From Paragordius varius (Eukaryota > Animalia > Nematomorpha), in the NCBI GenBank assembly GCA_964247055.1, contig OZ176054.1, positions 3,968,001 to 4,032,000 on the forward strand: DNA of 64,000 bases, read 5' to 3'. The notes under the pieces were generated by a model. The model was not told the DNA's origin, did no database searches, and saw only the letters and a program-made list of their open reading frames with translations. This document shows, piece by piece, positions 54,690 through 64,000 of the stretch. Every line of letters begins with the position of its first letter. The stretch's first letter is position 1. The translations under genes were made by a program, and so were the position numbers.

Positions 54690-57150
54690 CAGTGGTACTT
54701 AAACCGCGGCCCTAAGAGTGCTTTAAAATTGCCCTTGACCATATTGACACTATTTTTTTTAAGAATTAAATAAACAAATTTTCGCTTATTTTAATATTAA
54801 TTTATTTTGTTGAGATTTAAATTTGCTAATTTTTATTTTATGTCCAATTTGAAATGTAGAAAAATTTCCCTACGTTAAAGATTTTAAAATTTTGGGACAC
54901 GCTGTGTCTGCTTCTGTATTGTATTATCTTTTCAATTTTGAAATTTTTATTGCGTTCCTTTTGTATTTAAACAAGCCTTTCACGCAAACTTGCATATACA
55001 TCTTTTTGCTACTCTGCATCATTTTTTAAATCTTTCCCATATAATATTTTTCAGATCATCATCTTTAAATTTCGACCTGTATTTATAGCATAGTCTAAAT
55101 TATATTCCTATTTTTTTGAAAAAAATTACATAAAATTTAGACGTAAATTTAAAGGATCATCTAATGTTAAAAAACGTATGTTATCCGATGAAAATCGCTT
55201 TTTTTAAAAAGAATGGAAAGAAAAATTCTTTGTCATTTTAAATAAAAATGCTGTTACGTGCCTTAGATGTAAAGATAACATAATAATAAAAAAATACAAT
55301 ATTAAAAGACATTTTACAATCCATCATTCTCATAAATTACCCAACCATGAGGAAAGAAATGAAAAATACAAAAAGATTAAGGGATTATACCAGAAAGAAA
55401 AATCTTTCATGTCCATAGCTTTCTTCCAAGAAAAGCTGTAAGATTAACTTCGTATGAAATTTGCTATATTTTAGGAAAAAATATGAAACCGTTTACTGAT
55501 TCCCAACTAAAAATGCCTAATGAATATTTGCACTTTTTTATTTAATAAATTCCATAATAAAGATCAAATCATGAGGCAAATTAAGAAACTTCAACTTTCT
55601 GATTCAACATGTGCTTGAAGTGAAGATATGTCTAAATATATTTATAACACTACATTATTGGCTCTGAAAAACTGCAAATTTTTTGGTAGTATTGCTATTG
55701 ATTCTAGCACTGATATTAGTTCAATACCTCAATGTGCGCTCTTCGTGAGATTATGCAACGACAACATAATTAACGAGGAATATTTAAAATTTTTGTCAAT
55801 GAATTATACCACGAAAGGAAGTGATACTCGAAATAATTAGCACTTTTTTTAATTATGAAAAAATTGGTTTTGATCTGCACAGATAATCCCTTTATGATTG
55901 GAATAAACAAAGGATTTATTCCTCTTTTGAAAACAAATATAATTTGCAAAATATTTTATCCTTTCACTGCTTTATTCATCAGCAAAACTTGGTTCCGCGT
56001 GTATGAATCACTTAATTAAGTATTTAAAACGGTTTTGGATATAGTTAACAACATCCCTGCACGAAAATTCAACCGCCATAAAACCATCTGAAAGATATCC
56101 ACATTGAGTTTGATGATATTCTTTTGTACACCGCTATAAGATGGCTAAGCCTTAGCAAAGTTTTAAATATATTTTTTGTTTTAGGACATGAAATTCTATT
56201 TTTTATAAAAGATAACTAAGTTTGACGAGGAAATTAATCGTGACAAATGGTGGGTATTATTAGACCTTTGAGACATTTCTTATAATAATATTTTAAAGCG
56301 ACAAAATAATAACTCAATTTGCTAATTAAATATTTCCTTTTGAAGAAAAATTTATAATATATAAACAAGATTTCATAGAAAAAAGACTATATTTACCATC
56401 ACTCAAAACGATTCATGCAGAAAATATGGAATTTACCGTGGAGATTAACTAAATAATAGACAATCATTTAACATTTTTATCTAATGAGATGAAATTCAGA
56501 TTTCAAGAATTAAGAAATATTAAAAATTGCTTAAAACTCGTTGAAAATCCATGGAATATGGAATCTAATATTAAGTAACTTGAGCATTTCGGTTTCAATC
56601 AAGCGCATATCATTGAAGATTTCGTAGATTAAAAAAATGATTACAATTTGAAGCCTATATTCAAGGAGAATCGTAGAGAAAAAAGATATGTAGAGTTTTG
56701 GCAAGATGTGCCAAATAAATATGAAAATATAGAAAAAAATGTGCTCAAGTTATCCTAACTCTTTTTCCCTCAACTTACACGTGTGAGATGGCTTATTTCA
56801 AAATGAAGTATGTCAAGAATTACAGAAATCGCTTAACCGATGATCATATCGACAATGTATTATTGGCCTGTCATGAGGCTAAACCAAATTTGTCAAAAAT
56901 TATTGGTTATATCAATATAGATGTTGTTATCAAAATATTTAATTTTTTAACTAAATGGTGCAAAACGAATTTTTATATAATTTACATGCGATCCGTAAAA
57001 AATTCACTCTGCTGATGTTGAGTATAAATATGTGGATATGTGTCAAATGGCTATGGAATTATTACCATTATAAGGTTCATGGCCCTCGAAAAAAATACAT
57101 TTTATTTGGCCCGTCGAATTTTTCTCTTATTATTTCTTGCATAAGGCTAG
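54690..57150 (+). mobile_element. Decayed autonomous hAT transposon (SPIN/Buster, GTF2IRD2-like transposase remnant about 55178-56900)
   Basis: Left end cagtggtacttaaaccgcggccc; ENRFF..EW..C..C..KKYNIKRHF, IAIDSSTDISS, HCFIHQQNL, AIRWLS, STYTCEMAYFKMKYVKNYRNRLTD; multiple stops and frameshifts; right TIR not clearly seen. Confidence 0.85.
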
Positions 57151-60100
57151 GTTTGATATGAAATCACAAATAGGTAATTTCTTTTATTGGGCAAAGTTAC
57201 CAGCCTAAGATAGCCAATCAATCTAAAGATTTTTCTTTATCACATATGTATACTTTTATCCTTTACCAAAAAAGCAAACATAATTATACACATGTCATGA
57301 TCTATAACATATCATTATATCCTTAGACGTAATCCCACCCTAAACGCAACTAGGTGGCTTTACGTGAACCACCATTTGGTGTAAGGAAAGACAGCAAGGG
57401 ACCTCTTTTGTGGACAGTGGCGACGTAGGTCTGTTCCACCCTTTTCTTGATACACCTTAATATATTGAACCGAAACATAAGAGAATTTATTGAAAAATAT
57501 TTGATTTTATTTTTAAGGTAAAACCCTAAGGTAAATACTTCGAGAACAGGACATGTGCCAATTAGCTAAAAGAATAAAATAATACTCTTTTTCTTTCTAT
57601 CAATGTTAATGTGATTCAGAAAAAATATTATCTTTAGAATTAAAAACACGATATTTTAAAATATTGTAAATTAAAATTAATCGATGTATTTGATAGGGAA
57701 CTTATATTCAAAACAAAATTTTATATAGATATTTCTGCTTATTTATGTATTTTTTTTATGATAGAGGCATAAATTTATATTAAAACCGTTTGTTTCAGTT
57801 GTTTTTAAAAATAACTTAAATATAGTCTGGTGTTATCTGATATCGCAATATGGATTAAAGTAAATATTTTTAGCTGAGTAACTATTTTATTTCCTTTTGA
57901 GGTTATTCGTACTTCAGAGAGATTTTGAACTCGAATATCTTAAAAAATAATTAAGGTATTGATTTAAATATAATTCTTTGGCCTCTTATAAATTGTTCAT
58001 AATTTGGCTAACTACAAATGGTAAAACCACACACATATATATATAATATATATATATATATCTAACTTTTTGCGGCATGAGAATTACAAACCGCGAAAAG
58101 AGCCAAAAATGTATATTATGGCGAAAATGTATATAAATATTTAGATAGCTTTCAAAATACATTTTTATGGATTTTTATCTAATACAGCAGAACAATGTTT
58201 GATATTTAAATTTTCAACAATCTTTCAAACTGCAGTTCATTCAAGCTTGATATTTTGGGTTCAAAATTACCCGAAAATGTAATGGTCTGCAAAAACAAAT
58301 TGAGGTGCTATCAGCGAAAAAGTTTGAGCATCAAAATAACTTTAAGTATTTTAGAGTATTTTGAAGTATAGTGGATACAGTTTAAAAAACAGGGTTGTCC
58401 AACACGGAGCCCTCTAAATTTTTGGAATTCGTGAGAAATTTTAAATACCAAATAAATACAAACTTCATAATTAAATTAATTATTTTCTAAACACTTTATT
58501 ACCTTTGAGGTGATTTTATATCCCAGAGCGATTTGAAATTAAAATATCTTAAAAATATTTAAGGTATTAACAATTCATTACCTTTTCGCTTTTTTGTTCT
58601 TGTTTTCATTTAGGGGTAGTTTTTGAGCTTAATATTGCATATAGTTTTGAAAATAATTTTAGTTAAAATTTAATTATCTAACATTCTATAATTTGTTAGA
58701 TAGAAACTCTTATATTTTTTACGGTTTTTTGACTTCTTGAGTCTAAAATTGGGACAGCTCCAAAACACGATTGAAACGAACAACTGATATTAAAATCAAA
58801 ATATATTAAGTCTGTTAAAATGTAGCCCGAGAGCTTCATGTTAATTTACATTTTATTACCATAATAAACATTTATTTGCCTGTTTCATTAGCGATTTAAA
58901 AAAATATAGAAAATGGTGGCAAAAAAATTTGAAATGCGGATTTTTACAATTTTACATTTTTTTTACAAAATTTAGTAGAAATCGACTAAAAGACTAAAGA
59001 GATCATTTTAATTAGGCTTAATTCGTTATATACTTTTAGGATTTCGAACCGAATTTAAAAATAAGCTTTATACCTTTTTTTAAAAGATCTAATATAGTAA
59101 AAAATCCTCATCTCAAACTTTTTGCCATTTTTTTCTTATTTTTTTTAAATAGCTAGAACAGACATAAATTTATATTATGGTTGGAGGATGTAAATAATTA
59201 ACATTAAAAAAGTCTTTAATCTATATTTTTCTAGGAAACACTTGATATTTTTATTTTAAAATCAAAATAGATTGGAGCTGCCGCAATTCTCTGGAAGTTA
59301 AAAAACTATAAAAAATATAACATTTTCCAATACAGGAGAATAATGTTTGATAAATTAACCAAAACAACTCTTAAAACAGTTATTGATTTTCAAGATCAAG
59401 CTCTCATTTAGGTCAAAAAATGAAGATGTTACGAAGTGTTAAATGCATTTTCTGAATAACTCCCGAATTTCGGCAATAAACTAGCAAAATTGTTAAAATA
59501 AATAATAGTTAAATTGCGTTAGTAAATATTTATAATGTTAAAAAATTTATAAAATTTGTAATGATGCCCGTGTATTTTGCGAACTTGGCCCGCGAAACCA
59601 TTTGTGTTGGACTCCCGTGCTGTAAAAAATTATAAAAACACTTTTTCTATATAATTTAATAATGCTGAACACAATCACTTTTCAAATTTTAGTAAAGATA
59701 AAGTGTGTTTATAAAATAATATACTTAATTGGACCAACAGACGTTTTTACCATAATTCCGAAGGGATAGTCTAGCTCTAGCGTCATTAAAACATATTAAA
59801 AGTTTGTTTAAAAATTTTAAGTTTTTCTATTTTCATTAGGCTTTAAAATATTATAAAATACTCATATTTTAATAAAAATTAAAATAATCATAAAAATACA
59901 TATAAATGCTTTAAGTTTCGCCATAGCCACGTTGTTTTTATATGGTGTATTTTACAAAGAGAAGACCTACCAGTGGCTCATTAAAAATGCCCGAAGATTT
60001 GCCTTTTTACTGAAAATATTTAAAGCTACAATGTTATGTTATAAACTCATAAGTCAAATATTTTTTATAAATGTCACTTTACGGGGGCAGGGCGAATTAG

Positions 60101-60568
60101 TCATAGAAAAATTAAAAAAAATTTAATATTCAATATGAATGGGCCCACACGTTCATTTCAAAATCATCCCAATAAAATTTATGTGAAATTAACTTCTTGA
60201 ATAAACTACTATGCGTACAAAACAAGTAATGCGCCGCAGTTACCACTGATTTGCATCACTAATCAATTTTTATATCGAAATGCATGGAGAAATCTATCGT
60301 ATACCATTTAAAAATTGACTGCAAGGTTACATTAACCATTATTATATATTTTGAAAATATGTATTATATATAAAATTAATTAATTATATTAGATTAGGAT
60401 AGATTAATATTAAAACAATGACATTTTTAAATATTGGATATATTTGGACGATTTACACAAATAAATCTTATGATCTCGATTCGAAATGAATATATACATA
60501 TATATATATATATCAAATTAAAACTAATATATAACTATTGTCAATTAAATAATTTATTTATATTTGTT

Positions 60569-62907
60569 TTATGTAGTAAATTTAAATTTGTGAAATGCTG
60601 CCAAACATGCGCCGTACGCTGCATCATAGTTTATTTTGAACATAGTCAGATCCATTTCATAAAACATCCTAACCTAAAAAAGATGGGATAAAAACATACT
60701 AAAAATATGAAAAAACGGGGTTTCAAATTTGGGACATTAAAACCCCCATAAAATTTTGATAAGCAAGGTTCGTTATTATTTATGGTGATTAAATTATAGA
60801 TTTCTATTAGAGATTATTAAATATATTAAGAATAAGCCATAAAAATAATTATCACAATATAGTATAGATTTCTTCAAAATATTATTCGGAATTATTGCGA
60901 AAAAATTTATAAAGAAATTAAACGGAATTTTAATTCATTGCGTTATAGTTAAAACTGTACATAGTGTGACAACATGGGTATATTAAGTAATGCGTTGCCA
61001 GTCCCAAGCATCCCTGTAATATCAGGTTGGAAATTTGATGGAGGCATCATGTTACGTAAATTACGTATTAATCCTTTGCATATGGACTGGAAAACATTAT
61101 CTATTCGTTCGAAAAGAAATTACACTATAAGATTAATGTTTATTTGACCCATTAATGAATGGTTTAATACTTCAAGAACAATTTTTAACGAAAACGAGAA
61201 GGCATTTATATTTGCTATTTAATGCTGCTATTAGAGTTGCGTTTTGACGGGTAAAAAATATTAGCCGGTAAGACTGCTAATGAATAGTCATTCATGGCCA
61301 TAACCAGTCGATCAATAATCGGTAATACATGTTGTATAAATAAATAAATAAAAATTAACCAATTAAATTTTGCTATTTCAATTATTTAATATTTAGTAGT
61401 TTGTTTATAAGGTGAATGAAAGAATTTTGCGCAATATTTTCTTCTTTAAGCAAGATCCAGATAAAGAGCTGACAAAGACCGTTTTTTTCTGGGAGCCTTT
61501 TCCAACCGGTTTATAAATTTCTGATTTTATATACAGCGTTTAAGTATAGTAAAGGACAAAATTGGTTCCAATGACTTTTCAGTTACGGTTGCATTTATCG
61601 TGATTAAGAATAATAACTTTAATTTATGTGATATTATATATATTAAAACCAAAATTTAAGTTGTTTAAGGTTATGTTTGTAACATATGCTTGTTTAGCAT
61701 CGGATCGTTCTGGGATGATAATTGGTTGTATGTGCAAAAGATTCGAATCAAAATCTGATTCCAGTGATGGATTTATGTTTCTTAAACGCTCCCATATACA
61801 ATCTTTGTTTATATTTAGTCCTAATAATGAAAAAATATAGATTTAAATATTTTTTTATTATAAATATTAAAGAATAAATTTAACATATGTAATTAAATAA
61901 AGTATTTTTAAATCTATTTCTTGTCCAAAAGCCTTGGCGAGGTAAAGTAGCTAATATGTTATAAATTTAAATTAAATTAATAGCAAAATTTTTATTGGCT
62001 TTAGAAAAGATTTTTGCCAACATTTTTTTCCTAAAGCAGTAATTTGAGTTACCAGATCAGTGCATTCAAAATGTAAGTCATAGACTCAGGAAGAAACCAA
62101 GCTAAATGTATTAATTAATGAAGTTTAAAACTTTAGTTTCGCATAACTAAACTTTGCAGATAAATAGACACAGTCGGACATTGAATTGTATTTTGCAGTC
62201 AAAATAAAAAATTTATTACCTAAATCTTTCATCCAGGAAATTATCATATCAACAAAAGCGCAAATGACATTTCCGCCATTCATTGAAGCGACGATCGCCA
62301 AGTAATGGTTATCAAAAAATGGTATATATTCCAAGGCATTGTTTTTAGTGGTATTTTCTTTGGATATATCAACAATATAACTGGGCTGAAATCCTTTGGG
62401 TAAAACAAAGGATACTTGAGCGGATGTTCCGATATTAATCACTATATTAAACAACAAAAAAAGTCACGATCACAAATGAATTTGAATGATCATTTGAAGG
62501 CGGATCACCCATTAACTACATTAAATCATTATATAAAGTTTAGATTTTCTAACAAACTTTGACATTAGGTACAATAAATTGTTTTAATTCTAATTTTTAA
62601 TAGCTTTACGTGGGATTGTGTGTCTAAATTCGCTATTATTATCATATAATTATTGAGAGTTGCACTATTGTTCAATGAACAAAAAATGACTCGCTCATAA
62701 AATTTTAAAGATAGATTTCTAGAAATACCTGCCCGATTTTTGTAATGTGAGTAAGCGGCATAAGCAGCACAAGGTGTGTCACCCAAGCAAACATATACAG
62801 GAGTGCCTTGTGAGATATTGTAAAAATTAGATTTTAAATTTCCCACTATATGTCCGGGTTCAGCCGCACCAGGTAATAAATATATTGGAAATGAAACAGT
62901 TTGCAAT
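60569..62907 (-). CDS. SHPK: Sedoheptulokinase (FGGY family), last 5 exons; 5' exons not found in the window
   Basis: Exons 62729-62907, 62220-62441, 61650-61820, 60961-61100, 60569-60673. FPIYLLPGAAEPG, VYVCLGD, INIGTSAQ, ASMNGGNVICAFVDMIISWMKDLG, SICKGLIRNL, GTGNAL, DAAYGA. Confidence 0.9.
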
Positions 62908-63612
62908 CTAAATTATTAATCGCTATAGCTTAAAAGGGTTTTATAAAATTAAATATATTGATGAATAATAAAATATAAAATGTTAATTACAATAAATAAC
63001 AACTTTTAACATCTATGATGTTGTAAAAGTTAAAATTTTTACTGTTCAATACCCATTAAAGTGGTTTTTAACCCAGAGAGAATACAAAATAAGTATCTTA
63101 AATATATATATATATATGTGTTATGCAAATCTGAAAAATATATTTTGTTTTTAATATCATAATTTTCTGTGTTACATACAAATTTGAAACACATATCTTA
63201 GTTGTATATGATAACCTTCAGCGTATTTGAATTGTATTATTTTTTATATTTTTTGTGTACTATGTAAATATTATATCCTTTGTTACTTGAAATTTTATTG
63301 ATATAATGCAAATTATGTACAACTAAAATTAGTATATATAAACCCTAAAAAAACCAAATAAATAATTCATTTCACATTTCTTATATTATCTCCTCATCTT
63401 TACAAGTTAACAATATGGTATTGGGCCAAATTTAATAATATGTGTTTGTGGCTTTTTAAGCGCTTACAAAAAGATCGTTATCTCAAACTTTTGTCTCCAT
63501 TGGATATTTAACATATTATGGAGATTATTTCTCGTAGCCTACCTTTGTAATTAGAAGTTATAGTACTTCCTATCAAGCAATAGGTGGCTTTATGAAACGA
63601 AAATTTAAAGGG

Positions 63613-63704
63613 GACAGTGTTTACCACGTGTCATAGTGTGAGACGCGTTTCGTCCTTGTTGTGGACTCATCAGCCACACATAATGAACACGGGTAACCAC
63701 TGTC
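63613..63704 (-). ncRNA. Minimal type I hammerhead ribozyme (core 63636-63679) with extended stem I
   Basis: Minus strand GUGUGG-CUGAUGA-GUCC-ACAACAA-GGAC-GAAA-CGC-GUC/UCACAC; outer arms gacagtggttacc / ggtaaacactgtc; predicted cut between 63642 and 63641. Confidence 0.85.
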
Positions 63705-64000
63705 GTTAAAAGTTTGTATATATACTGAGTATTTTAAGATTTTAAACCAATTATGGTTGGTGAAAGAGAAAACGGAGAACTTAGGCCCAGAGAGGGCAAC
63801 CGATTGTACTTAGATTAAGCCAATTATTATCACTAAAAATACTGACATGTCAAAACACTTTATTAAAAAAAGTAAACTTTAAATGCATTTAATTCGACAA
63901 AAAAATCAGCTGTAAATTTTAAACTGTGGAAATATTATAATAAATTAAAATTCTTGTTAGTAATTTTAATTAGGGTGCTTGGATATATATGGAATGGCAA

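Noticed and set aside
62470-62520. Possible intronic C/D snoRNA in SHPK
   Set aside because: No proper RTGATGA C box and CTGA D box pair with terminal stem.

Overview
AT-rich animal nuclear DNA (species not identifiable from sequence alone), not prokaryotic. Six spliced genes were reconstructed by hand with GT-AG junctions and continuous frames: GPAT3/4 (-), a HAP40/F8A1 homolog (+), a GALNT (-), GRB2 (+), FAH (-) and the 3' half of SHPK (-). There is also tRNA-Ser(AGA), an uncertain BACK-domain gene and heavy TE debris (RTE LINEs, non-autonomous Helitrons, hAT and Tc1/mariner MITEs, a decayed hAT transposase, a SINE, a foldback element). Most notable: (1) an orphan ORF at 38624-39607 made of about 8 tandem 36-38 aa units, each with a helix in the register of PKA RI-anchoring (RIAD-like AKAP) helices, a candidate multivalent PKA scaffold; (2) 21-30 nt spliceosomal introns clustered near gene starts, alongside kb-sized distal introns; (3) a minimal type I hammerhead ribozyme in sense orientation in a probable SHPK intron; (4) two head-to-head gene pairs with only about 100 bp between start codons. 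All identities come from motif recognition, not database searches.
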